The translations under genes were made by a program, and so were the position numbers. The notes beneath the pieces were generated by a model that saw nothing but the letters and a program-made list of their open reading frames with translations, searched no databases and was not told the origin of the DNA. DNA of 57,975 bases from a virus (Duplodnaviria; Caudoviricetes), in the IMG/VR virus record IMGVR_UViG_3300030392_001553, positions 1 through 57,975 of that record, one strand, 5' to 3'. Each line of letters begins with the position of its first letter. The first letter of the stretch is position 1. This document shows positions 20,548 to 29,413 of this stretch, piece by piece.

Positions 20548-21192
20548 CTATACGCCAGTGGTTGAAGGTGTACCAGCTGCAATAGCACCGTTATTACTAT
20601 TGAAGTGGTTATTCAACCTGACAATTGCGCCGATACCAGCCGCTGAAAAATCAGCATTCTCTGGATCGTCAACCCAACCTACAATACGCATTTGCAGAGC
20701 AGCCGTGGTAGCAATCGTACTGATCGCAAGGCGACCTAACGATACACCAGTAGCGTCTGTTCCTGTGATAGTGGTTGAGAAGTTAGCGTTAGCAAAAACT
20801 GCGGCACGAGCCGTCGCTTTGCTGGTCCACGTAGCATCCGTTGCGATTACATAAAGTTGCATCGGGTCATCGTTGACAAACGCTTTTACAGGGTGATTGG
20901 AATCTGCCCCGGAACCGGGCCAGTAATTCTTCCAAACTGTTTTTCCAGTGGTGGAATCCACATACTCACAGCCCTGAAACACACCTAGAAAACCAACGGT
21001 TCCACCAGCCGCCGCGCCAGGCACGTCAATATAGCCGGTAGAAAGAGGTATCACGGGTTCGCCGTGATAAAACTTGCTGGAATTGCCGTTTGCAATTTCA
21101 TACGCTGAGTATTGGGTCATACCAGTGGAATTAGAGGCCCCGCCCTGTTTACTCAAGGGACGAAGGCCAAAGCTTCCATTAGAATTAGCCAT
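20548..21192 (-). CDS. Minor capsid/decoration protein
   Basis: FGLRP, GVFQGCEY, DDP motifs; immediately upstream of capsid gene. Confidence 0.65.
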   Translation of the reverse strand: MANSNGSFGLRPLSKQGGASNSTGMTQYSAYEIANGNSSKFYHGEPVIPLSTGYIDVPGAAAGGTVGFLGVFQGCEYVDSTTGKTVWKNYWPGSGADSNHPVKAFVNDDPMQLYVIATDATWTSKATARAAVFANANFSTTITGTDATGVSLGRLAISTIATTAALQMRIVGWVDDPENADFSAAGIGAIVRLNNHFNSNNGAIAAGTPSTTGV

Positions 21193-21195
21193 TTA

Positions 21196-21699
21196 TTATT
21201 TCTCCTGGCCCTCTTCTCGAGGACCTCCAAAAGTTACACGAGATTGCCTGTCAGGTTTGCTGATAGGCATGGCCGGATGTTGTTCGCGAGCTAAATCATT
21301 ATCAACAGCAGCCATTTGATTGCGAGTCATATCTTGAAAGTAATCTCTACGTTCCTCAACAATCTCAATTGGAATTCTTGCAAGTAAAAGACCACCTACG
21401 CCTATAACACCAGCATGTTTACCATCTTCGATAGTCGGGATGTCGAAATCGGGGAATTCATCACCACGTACCAGTTCATATCCCTCGCGGGAGCGTGCTG
21501 CTACGTTTTTACGATCATCAAAACCCATAACTTCGGCCCGTATCCAACGATGTCTGTAACCATCCGGAGCGGGTGGTGCGTCCAACATGGACGGTGGCTT
21601 CCAAGGTTCCCGGCGTGCTTGCCCTGCACGAGTTTGATTGGCTCTTGGCGTTCTCGTAGACTTCTGGCGAGTTGTGTTCTCTGTCGTATCCATGGTCAA
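21196..21699 (-). CDS. Conserved head-module hypothetical protein
   Basis: WKPPSMLDAPPAPDGYRHRWIR motif. Confidence 0.7.
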   Translation of the reverse strand: MTMDTTENTTRQKSTRTPRANQTRAGQARREPWKPPSMLDAPPAPDGYRHRWIRAEVMGFDDRKNVAARSREGYELVRGDEFPDFDIPTIEDGKHAGVIGVGGLLLARIPIEIVEERRDYFQDMTRNQMAAVDNDLAREQHPAMPISKPDRQSRVTFGGPREEGQEK

Positions 21700-22565
21700 T
21701 CCCTCACATATTTTGCATATTCTTCAAGCGGCACATTCAGCCTTTTCGCAATTGCAACCTGTGAAGCGGTTAACCGCACACTTTTTTTCCGTCCACTTCT
21801 ATTGCGGGATGCGGAAGCTTCGGCTGACGCAACCTTCTTGCTTCCCCCGTTTGACTGAGAAGATTGACCGAGTTTCTGAGGAAACTCAGACAACATCCTT
21901 TTGTCCAATTCAGAATAATAAGCTTCTGATTGAGCGTCAAACCCTTCATCTTCAATAAGTCGTCTGTGCACTCCAAAAGCCGCATATGTCATAACTTCAT
22001 CTTTGCCGAACCATTCATTTTTTGATGCCCACGCTTCGGCTCTGGGGTCGGGAGGGGGCGCTGAAGGTTGGGCTTGAGGTTGGGGTGCTTTTTCCTGTGT
22101 TCTTCGAGGTTTTTTTTGTGCTCTGTTCAATTTATCCTTTTCAACGGATAGCGTTGCCAGAGCTTCCTGGGCCTCTACAAGCTTATCAACGTCTCCTGTT
22201 TCATGGGCATCTTTAAGAATGCGTTTAGCCGTATCAATCTGAGAAGTGACACGATTGCCGAATTCCTCCTGATATCCCTTGTCAAGATTATTTAAACGAC
22301 TTTTAAGGGTTTCGTTTTCCTGCCTAACATTTTCCGCAAAATCGATTGCACTCTGTTTCTGGCGTTCCTCTTCACGAAAGCGTTTGGTGAGTTGGTCAAT
22401 ACGGCCTTTTACACCTTGGCTGTACTGTTCAAGTTCTTCTTCTTTTTCGGAACTTTCTTCAACGATCTCTGGTTGAGATGCTTCTTCCTTGCTCTCTCCT
22501 GGGAGGTCAACTTCTACAGCTGATTCCTCTTCGTCTCCTACATCAATAGGTTTCTCTTCGGGCAT
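21696..22565 (-). CDS. Putative scaffolding protein
   Basis: Acidic N-terminus, coiled coil, C-terminal AKRLNVPLEEYAKY; upstream of capsid. Confidence 0.7.
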   Translation of the reverse strand: MPEEKPIDVGDEEESAVEVDLPGESKEEASQPEIVEESSEKEEELEQYSQGVKGRIDQLTKRFREEERQKQSAIDFAENVRQENETLKSRLNNLDKGYQEEFGNRVTSQIDTAKRILKDAHETGDVDKLVEAQEALATLSVEKDKLNRAQKKPRRTQEKAPQPQAQPSAPPPDPRAEAWASKNEWFGKDEVMTYAAFGVHRRLIEDEGFDAQSEAYYSELDKRMLSEFPQKLGQSSQSNGGSKKVASAEASASRNRSGRKKSVRLTASQVAIAKRLNVPLEEYAKYVRD

Positions 22566-22594
22566 GGGTTTTCTCCATGGTTTCCTTCTTCTTT

Positions 22595-23050
22595 CTAGAC
22601 ATGTTTAATATCGTCAGGTTCGACGATAGTCGCAATAACCTCATCATCATTTATAATACGAACTTCGCCACCGTCAATCTTAAATCGAGCACCGGCATAA
22701 CGGCCAATACAAACCCACTGGCTTTCCTTGCACCAGGGTTCGCTGTTTTCTCCAAACTTTACAGGATCCTGATAAGCCAAAGGGCCGATCTTTAAAACAT
22801 AAGCAACAACTGTAGCCAGAGCTTCGCGGTCTACAACGGCATCTGGGATAAGAACACCGCCATCGGTCATTTTCTTACCCATATAGGGCATTACAAGTAT
22901 GCGCCAACCCGTAGGTTGCGGTAATCTTTCACTAAGGGAAATATCTAAACGGTTGGGATCAAGAATTTTCTCGTCTTTATTAACATAAGCCTGGGCAGCA
23001 GCTTTATTAGTTTCAGAAATATGATCGGGAACATAAAGGGTTTTAGTCAT
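22595..23050 (-). CDS. groES: Co-chaperonin GroES-like
   Basis: PTGWRILV, TDGGVLIP, RYAG, RIINDDEVIA. Confidence 0.85.
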   Translation of the reverse strand: MTKTLYVPDHISETNKAAAQAYVNKDEKILDPNRLDISLSERLPQPTGWRILVMPYMGKKMTDGGVLIPDAVVDREALATVVAYVLKIGPLAYQDPVKFGENSEPWCKESQWVCIGRYAGARFKIDGGEVRIINDDEVIATIVEPDDIKHV

Positions 23051-23241
23051 TCATCCTCCGGGGATTGAAGAATTTCTTTTATTTCCTGTTCAGCGAACTC
23101 AAGTCCTCTAAGTTCTCCTACCAGAAGTTTATAGGACTCCATGTCTTTTGGAGACCCATGGAGTATAGCATCCTGTGTCAAAGACACACGGTTCTGTATC
23201 GCTTTTAACACTTTGTAACCAAAAGTGGTAGGGTCAGCCAT
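23047..23241 (-). CDS. Hypothetical protein
   Basis: YKLLVGELRGL motif typical between portal and GroES. Confidence 0.7.
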   Translation of the reverse strand: MADPTTFGYKVLKAIQNRVSLTQDAILHGSPKDMESYKLLVGELRGLEFAEQEIKEILQSPEDE

Positions 23242-23531
23242 TAATAACTACCGCGGAAAGTCTTTCCTCTGATAGCGCCGCCCTTGGAATACTTTATACT
23301 CTTTTTAGGTCGTTTAGGCCACTCGTGACTAAAACGCATCCCCTTATTTTCATCTATTATAACATCGCTAAATTGAGGATCTTGAGACATTTCCAGTTCA
23401 CTTTTCCACGCTTCATCTCTTTCAACACCTACTACTTGCCAGCCATCTTCAACACGCCTGACTCTGCCGCCGTATTCTTCTGCATATCTATATGCAGCTT
23501 CAGGAGTAGAATAAATAGTTCCTTCGGGCAT
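23241..23531 (-). CDS. Hypothetical protein with C-terminal KGG tag
   Basis: Ends YSKGGAIRGKTFRGSY. Confidence 0.65.
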   Translation of the reverse strand: MPEGTIYSTPEAAYRYAEEYGGRVRRVEDGWQVVGVERDEAWKSELEMSQDPQFSDVIIDENKGMRFSHEWPKRPKKSIKYSKGGAIRGKTFRGSY

Positions 23532-23875
23532 CAGAATATCCTCGCTTTCTGCTTGTTTCTAGTGCTCATAGCCATACCGCCGTCGTTGCGTGTCATCCAA
23601 TCATTTTGCGCTTTTAGTTCTCTTTCTCGTTTAGCCAGCCATTCTCTAGCTTTTACCTCATCTCTCTTACGTTCTCCCCACGTTCCGGGTCTAACTCCAT
23701 GAATAGATCCTTTAGGTAGCATAGCATCTTTAAGCATTTTCTTTATAGCACTAGCAGATCCTACCCCGTAAGGCTGCGGTTCGCCATCAACCACTGGACG
23801 TTTTCGACCTTTTTGACCTCTCATCTTAGCCTTTGCCCTATCGGCCCTTGACATACGTCTTCCATATTTAGCCAT
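23531..23875 (-). CDS. Small basic protein
   Basis: K/R-rich; ends RNDGGMA...ARIF. Confidence 0.65.
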   Translation of the reverse strand: MAKYGRRMSRADRAKAKMRGQKGRKRPVVDGEPQPYGVGSASAIKKMLKDAMLPKGSIHGVRPGTWGERKRDEVKAREWLAKRERELKAQNDWMTRNDGGMAMSTRNKQKARIF

Positions 23876-24156
23876 CAGAAGGTTCCTTTTCCATCGTTAT
23901 CGTTAAATGTTCCGCCCTTTTTTTGAGCAAAAGGACGACCCTTGATAATGCCGCCGCCCGACATTCTCATTCCTTCGAAATCTCCCATTCCGGGATAACG
24001 ACGAACCGGAGACATCGGAAGAGAAGCTACGCCACCCCCCTGATATCCTTCCATGTTGTTTATTTTCTTTGCTTTAGACATAAGACCACCCGCTTCCTTT
24101 GTAGAAATATTCATCTGGTCAGCCATTTGACCGATTAAACCTTTTTTTCTAGCCAT
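23875..24156 (-). CDS. Small basic protein
   Basis: YQGGG/MSGGG/KKGG motifs. Confidence 0.65.
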   Translation of the reverse strand: MARKKGLIGQMADQMNISTKEAGGLMSKAKKINNMEGYQGGGVASLPMSPVRRYPGMGDFEGMRMSGGGIIKGRPFAQKKGGTFNDNDGKGTF

Positions 24157-24158
24157 AT

Positions 24159-24174
24159 TGTTTCACGTGAAACA
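24159..24174. promoter_or_regulatory. parS: parS centromere-like site (perfect consensus)
   Basis: TGTTTCACGTGAAACA, perfect 16-bp palindrome identical to the bacterial parS consensus, intergenic. Confidence 0.8.
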
Positions 24175-24348
24175 TCACGCCCTCTTTCTCTTTTGTTTTC
24201 TAGCCTCTGACAAGGCTATAGCCACAGCTTGCTTTTTACTCTTTACTTTAGGACCCTTTTTACTACCGCTTCTCAGTTTTCCTTTTTTATATTCGCGCAG
24301 AACCTTCGAAATCTTACTTTTACGAGTCTGGGCACGGGAAATGGCCAT
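24175..24348 (-). CDS. DUF6496-like small basic protein (57 aa)
   Basis: Hand-translated MAISRAQTRKSKISKVLREYKKGKLRSGSKKGPKVKSKKQAVAIALSEARKQKRKRA. Confidence 0.8.
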   Translation of the reverse strand: MAISRAQTRKSKISKVLREYKKGKLRSGSKKGPKVKSKKQAVAIALSEARKQKRKRA

Positions 24349-24824
24349 TAAAACACTCTGGTTTCTCTAGCTATACCGCCTTTTTTCATTTTTATACGCG
24401 GCGTTTTTTGCGTACCCCATATATTAGAACCAGATCTTAAAGAAGGTGATTGTGATGCTGCGGCCCCTCCTCTACGTGCGATATTAGGAGATTGTCCTTC
24501 AGATAAAGCTGCCTTTTTACGAGCAGCATGACGTAATCGCCCTGATTCAGCCTTTTTACTTTCATAATGAACTTTTACTTTACCTGCTGGACCTGATGAT
24601 ATTCTATCAACAGAAACACGGGGAGTATTTCCAGAAACTGCGTCACGAACTTTTTTATAAGAATGTAACTCTGTTTTTTTACTATTAAATTTCTTTCTAG
24701 CTTCTTCAGGACTATCTGCTGTAACTTTTGTTTGACCCTTATCGACATTTTTAATTCTTCTGTTTTCTCCAGCATATCCAATGTCAGAACCAGTTACTTT
24801 ATATCTAATTGTGTAGTCAGTCAT
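24348..24824 (-). CDS. Basic hypothetical protein
   Basis: Ends MKKGGIARETRVF. Confidence 0.65.
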   Translation of the reverse strand: MTDYTIRYKVTGSDIGYAGENRRIKNVDKGQTKVTADSPEEARKKFNSKKTELHSYKKVRDAVSGNTPRVSVDRISSGPAGKVKVHYESKKAESGRLRHAARKKAALSEGQSPNIARRGGAAASQSPSLRSGSNIWGTQKTPRIKMKKGGIARETRVF

Positions 24825-24835
24825 AACTACTCCCC

Positions 24836-25054
24836 TTAAAACACTCTGGTTTTTCTAGCTATACCGCCGTCGTTGCGTTTTAAAGTATCCGCGTCAGATA
24901 TGGTTTTAGCAGCTTCCTCTAATAACTCATCAACACGAGCACGATCAGCGTCAGATATAGTTCTAGACCCTTCATTCAGTACTTTTTTTGAATATTTCCT
25001 TCCCATCCGTTCTGCCTTCTTTCTATCTTGATTAGAAATTGTTCGTCCCTTCAT
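24836..25054 (-). CDS. Small basic protein with (R)TISD repeats
   Basis: RTISN/RTISD/KTISD; ends RNDGGIARKTRVF. Confidence 0.65.
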   Translation of the reverse strand: MKGRTISNQDRKKAERMGRKYSKKVLNEGSRTISDADRARVDELLEEAAKTISDADTLKRNDGGIARKTRVF

Positions 25055-25056
25055 AA

Positions 25057-27450
25057 CTATTCTCCTCTTCCTGCGGTTCCTTGTTGAATACGCTCACGAT
25101 TGACCTCTGCACGTAACAGGGCAATGTCTTCCTGTGAATCTATCTTTTCCCTGACCAGATCTTCCTTGGTATTTTCTTTTTCTACATCAAACAGCAACCT
25201 GTCAGAAAATTCCTGTGACTTACGTTCCACATCCAAGGCTTTGATATCAAGTTCCTTGGAACGAAGTTCAACAAGAGGATCAACTTCCCCTTCGGGGGGT
25301 GGCATCAATGCCGCCATAACTTCATCCGTGATCTGGGCAATCAGCTGGGCTACCCGTGCTTCTGGATCTATGGGCGGTGGCATTTGACCCGTCATCTGTG
25401 CTTCCTGCTGCATCTGTTGGGTTTCCTGCATAACCGTCATTCTGGCCTTGAAAGCCACATGTTCACAAAGATGAGCTTGAAGAATGGCAAAAATAGGAGG
25501 CGTGGACGCTGGAATAGGTGTTTTCATAAATAATATGTGCGCCGCCATGTGAGCATCGTGATCCTGGTCCGGAAAAGCTTGAAGAGGTGTAGCTTTTATA
25601 GCTTCAGCGTTTTCGGTTGCCGGGTCTTTCGGCTGGGGAGGTTCCGGAGTGGGTAACAAAGCCTCAATGTTATTCACACCTATCGCCTCGTATATCCTGC
25701 GGTAAGCTTCATGCATGTTGTGCATTTCAGGATTCGACTGCGCCAGTTGCAACTGGGTCTGCGCCAAGGCAAGTCTTTGCGCCATGGAAAAAATATTAGG
25801 ATCCGAAACAGGAACGACATCGACACGCTCATCGAAGTCCATCTGTTTGATCATGTTCTGCCCACCAATGATATTATAAGGATAGACAGGGGGAAGAGAT
25901 TCGGCAAACACCTTCGACAACATTTTGAATTCTTGTTTCTGGGCATAGTGAAGACGTTTATGAATGGCTGACATCACCTTGGAACCGCGTTCCAAAAGAG
26001 CTACCGTTGTTCCCACAGCCGCTTGCTGGTTGCCGTCCCCCACCTGCATATCGGTAATGGCCGCAAAACGTCGCCCGGCGTCTACAACAAAACCAAGAAG
26101 AGCCATCAGGGTTTGGCTTGGTTCCTTGTAAGGTAACGGGAGAATACTTTCTCGAAGAGCACCCCCAGGCACGTCAATATCACGAAACTCGCCAGGAGAC
26201 AAAGGTTCATCAGAATCACGAATACGAATACCACGGGCTTTAAAACCAGCAGGTAAATTAGCCAAGGTGCCAGCATCAATCAGTTGCCTTAATATAGATG
26301 TTGCAGAACGTCCCAACCCGCCAATCATATGCAGAAGGCCGAAACCATAAAACCCCAGACCGGGGAGAAATTTGTAATGGGAGAAATACTGGAGTTTTCT
26401 GTAAAACTCGTCACCTTCCTTCCAGTTACGGCGAATGGACAAAACTTTCGAACTTCCCTCGTCTATAGTTATAATGTAGGGAAGCTTGATACCTGTATCT
26501 TCTCCGTCAATAGGACTGCGGTGTTCAAATCCGGGTAAATCCAGATCCGTGTGAAATTCCAGAAGGGTGCAGTCCATGTTATCCGTGGTTTTCTCGATAC
26601 CGGAAATCTCGCGTTCCCTTTCACGTAGCTCGTTTTCATCTTCATAGGGAATGAGGTCCACGTCCCTGTAAAAACCAGCCGCCTGAAACTTCTTGACATC
26701 ATTATTGTTCACCCGCGTTACATGTATAATACGGGAAGCCGATGCCAGGTCGGATGCGTTATAGGGAACAATCAAATCATCCGCGGGAACAAATCTGGAA
26801 ACCGCACGGTCGAGAATATCGTCAAAATAAACTTTCTTGAAGGCACTTCCAGCAAGAGGAAGGTAGAACAGCAACCGATCCATTTCAGGGTCGTACTCTT
26901 CCATGACATGCGTGATCTGGTAATTCATAAATTCCTGAACCCGCTGTGCTTGCATTTCCATCTCAGAGGTAGCGTCTCCGATGACCTGTGTTCTTACAGG
27001 ACCGGAACTCGGAAGAAGTTCCTTGTAAGCTTGCGCCTGAAACTGGGTAACGGCTTCCGCAATAAGGGGATGGGTAACGCCGCTCGAACCCCGGAAGGGT
27101 TCTTCCCGTTCCTCGTATTTAATGCCGAGAAGACCAAGACCATCCGAATAAGTATCTTCCCAATCCTGCCGTCCACTTTTATCCTCCTCATAATAACCGA
27201 GAAGTTCACTGGACAAATCCATAAGAACACGTTCATCAAGAATTTCGGAAAGATTGGCATCCGGTTCCGCCTGAAGTTCCTCTTTCATGGCGTCTTCGAA
27301 ATTCAGAACAACAGAACCATCCTCCTGCTCGAGCATTTCTGAAGGATCTTCAATTTGTTCGACCTCGATCTCTTCATCCGTAAGTCCACCCAAAGGCATC
27401 CCCTGCGAAGGAATCGCCGTATCCACTAAAGAAGTTGGTCCATTAGCCAT
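25057..27450 (-). CDS. Portal protein
   Basis: HPLIAEAVTQFQAQAYKELLP, LPLAGSAFKKVYFD, LIDAGTLANLPAGFK. Confidence 0.9.
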   Translation of the reverse strand: MANGPTSLVDTAIPSQGMPLGGLTDEEIEVEQIEDPSEMLEQEDGSVVLNFEDAMKEELQAEPDANLSEILDERVLMDLSSELLGYYEEDKSGRQDWEDTYSDGLGLLGIKYEEREEPFRGSSGVTHPLIAEAVTQFQAQAYKELLPSSGPVRTQVIGDATSEMEMQAQRVQEFMNYQITHVMEEYDPEMDRLLFYLPLAGSAFKKVYFDDILDRAVSRFVPADDLIVPYNASDLASASRIIHVTRVNNNDVKKFQAAGFYRDVDLIPYEDENELREREREISGIEKTTDNMDCTLLEFHTDLDLPGFEHRSPIDGEDTGIKLPYIITIDEGSSKVLSIRRNWKEGDEFYRKLQYFSHYKFLPGLGFYGFGLLHMIGGLGRSATSILRQLIDAGTLANLPAGFKARGIRIRDSDEPLSPGEFRDIDVPGGALRESILPLPYKEPSQTLMALLGFVVDAGRRFAAITDMQVGDGNQQAAVGTTVALLERGSKVMSAIHKRLHYAQKQEFKMLSKVFAESLPPVYPYNIIGGQNMIKQMDFDERVDVVPVSDPNIFSMAQRLALAQTQLQLAQSNPEMHNMHEAYRRIYEAIGVNNIEALLPTPEPPQPKDPATENAEAIKATPLQAFPDQDHDAHMAAHILFMKTPIPASTPPIFAILQAHLCEHVAFKARMTVMQETQQMQQEAQMTGQMPPPIDPEARVAQLIAQITDEVMAALMPPPEGEVDPLVELRSKELDIKALDVERKSQEFSDRLLFDVEKENTKEDLVREKIDSQEDIALLRAEVNRERIQQGTAGRGE

Positions 27451-27857
27451 TATTTAGTAAACCCTTTATATTTTTCGTAGGTTCTAAGCCCACCCAAACC
27501 GAGCATTCCCATTAAAACAGGCATCATTTCGCCAAGATTCATGGTCGGCAGAGTCACTAATGTACCTGTCTGGGCCATTATAAAAACTAAAATCGGTTGT
27601 AGCACATATGAGTAGGCCAAGGCAATCCCGCATGACCATCCGGTAAAGGGGCGCCAACCCGCCACCCACACGGATCTGTGAAGTGCTTCCGCACGATTTA
27701 TTTCAAGTTGAGCAACATCGATACTCGAAAGATGCTTCATCAACTGCGCTTCTATTTCACGCTCCGCTCTTGCTCTTTCCTCTTTGTCCTCTGGTAAAAA
27801 CCGTTTTACAACATCCCCTACGAGGGGAAGTACACTGGAAATAAGACCGGGAATCAT
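27450..27857 (-). CDS. Holin (GTA 3TM-holin-like)
   Basis: VAGWRPFTGW...GMLGLGGLRTYEK. Confidence 0.8.
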   Translation of the reverse strand: MIPGLISSVLPLVGDVVKRFLPEDKEERARAEREIEAQLMKHLSSIDVAQLEINRAEALHRSVWVAGWRPFTGWSCGIALAYSYVLQPILVFIMAQTGTLVTLPTMNLGEMMPVLMGMLGLGGLRTYEKYKGFTK

Positions 27858-28060
27858 TTTTTGAGCATCCTTTTGAGAGACTTTCTGCCTATATACAAAG
27901 CCGCCGCCGCAACAACCACAAGAACAATGATAACGACCATGTTATCATGGGCCACGGTTATGGGGCCTACGGAAACAGAAGGCGGTTCCTTGTTGACTTC
28001 AGTATGTATGATAGTCTGTTCAACCTTGCCGCCTGAATTTACCGTAATTTCTTTTTTCAT
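27854..28060 (-). CDS. Small membrane protein
   Basis: C-terminal TM helix plus basic tail. Confidence 0.6.
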   Translation of the reverse strand: MKKEITVNSGGKVEQTIIHTEVNKEPPSVSVGPITVAHDNMVVIIVLVVVAAAALYIGRKSLKRMLKK

Positions 28061-28926
28061 TTTTTATCTCCAAGAATAAATCCGAATTTATTTTCCCTCA
28101 AGAATTTCCTTATTTCAGAAACAGGTCGGCTCCAGGCAATATGGGGAACAATAGTGCCCCATCCAATAGCCGATACCATACTCGGAACACCAATCATTTC
28201 ATATTTTTTACGCAAATCAGAATAAGCATACAAAGAACCGCCGCTATTGCCAAAAACAATCGGGGCTGTCGCCAGGTACAAACGTCCACCGTCACCGTCC
28301 CTCGCACTTATTCCTGACAAAAGACCTTCCGTAGGATAAGGCGGGTTTCCAAGACCGCTGCCAATAGCCCAGACTTGCTGGAACAAATAAGGCCCCCCGG
28401 CTTTTTCCGGCCATAAAGTAGCCACAAAATGTATCCTGCGTTCCGCATCCTCTATGCGAAGAAGAGCAAGATCCTTGCCTTTGTCCCAAGCTACGATATG
28501 AGCCACGCGGCCTGTCGTACCTACCGCCGTACTGTAATCATTATAGTCCCAGAACCTTACATGAACCGGGCGCCGATGTTCTTTCTTGACTTCCTTGCCT
28601 TTTTGTGGATCAAACTCTTCCTTGATCGATATGGCTTCGGAAATAACATGGTAATTGGTCAGAATTAAAGACCAGATGTCCTCTTTTCTCTTTTGACTGT
28701 AAATAACCGTGCCGCTGCCCTGTCCTCTCTGGTCAACATCCACCATGACAGTAGGATAGAGCATTTCCTTGATGTGCTTGACAGGAGCATCCGTTGTCTC
28801 CTGTGCATAAGGACCGGAAATAAAAATAAACAGGGCAGCAAGAAATGCTGCCAATTTTAAGGAAATGCCCATCCGGTTTAGCAGACGCCTTTCTCCTTGA
28901 GAACAAACCCAGGAATAGCAACCCAT
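28057..28926 (-). CDS. Trypsin-like serine protease with signal/TM segment (true start probably at MGISLKL)
   Basis: Triad motifs TNYHV, DLALL, GNSGG. Confidence 0.85.
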   Translation of the reverse strand: MGCYSWVCSQGERRLLNRMGISLKLAAFLAALFIFISGPYAQETTDAPVKHIKEMLYPTVMVDVDQRGQGSGTVIYSQKRKEDIWSLILTNYHVISEAISIKEEFDPQKGKEVKKEHRRPVHVRFWDYNDYSTAVGTTGRVAHIVAWDKGKDLALLRIEDAERRIHFVATLWPEKAGGPYLFQQVWAIGSGLGNPPYPTEGLLSGISARDGDGGRLYLATAPIVFGNSGGSLYAYSDLRKKYEMIGVPSMVSAIGWGTIVPHIAWSRPVSEIRKFLRENKFGFILGDKK

Positions 28927-28948
28927 GTTGAAGGTTCAGAAAATGGAA

Positions 28949-29245
28949 TCATTTCCCCCCCAAACGTCGTGTGATAATTTCTTCAGCCATCGGCAACAGG
29001 CGGATTCCCATATAGCCAATCAAAAAAGCAATTGCTGGCCCCCAAATCATATCTAAAGCCCAATGTTTCATTACGGGCGGTATAAAAAATTCAGCGGCAA
29101 TCCAGCCAACGATCAGCGCAAGACCAACATCCTTTAGCGCAAACAGATTAAACTTTTTTTGCGTCAAACAATTGGTTGCTCCTCCAATTCCGGAGGATAA
29201 AATGCAACAAGTCTTTGCGCCAATTGTCGTTATTAACCACTCCAT
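28949..29245 (-). CDS. Membrane protein (holin-like)
   Basis: Two to three hydrophobic segments. Confidence 0.55.
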   Translation of the reverse strand: MEWLITTIGAKTCCILSSGIGGATNCLTQKKFNLFALKDVGLALIVGWIAAEFFIPPVMKHWALDMIWGPAIAFLIGYMGIRLLPMAEEIITRRLGGK

Positions 29246-29404
29246 CTAGATGTACTTTTCTTTGAGAAGAATGGCCCCTACTGCTGCGGCCATGGCTACG
29301 AATCCAATCCACCCTATACCTGTCATCATGCTGATGACAATGCAGCCGACCGCAACGCCAGCCCAAGTCGAAGGTTCCCTTATTCTGTCGGTAATCCAAT
29401 CCAT
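29246..29404 (-). CDS. Small membrane protein (52 aa)
   Basis: Hand-translated MDWITDRIREPSTWAGVAVG...LLKEKYI, GGAG RBS. Confidence 0.7.
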   Translation of the reverse strand: MDWITDRIREPSTWAGVAVGCIVISMMTGIGWIGFVAMAAAVGAILLKEKYI

Positions 29405-29413
29405 AATGTTCTC

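Noticed and set aside
24158-24370. Plus-strand ORF starting MFHVKH
   Set aside because: MFHVKH is the translation of the parS palindrome; the real gene is on the minus strand
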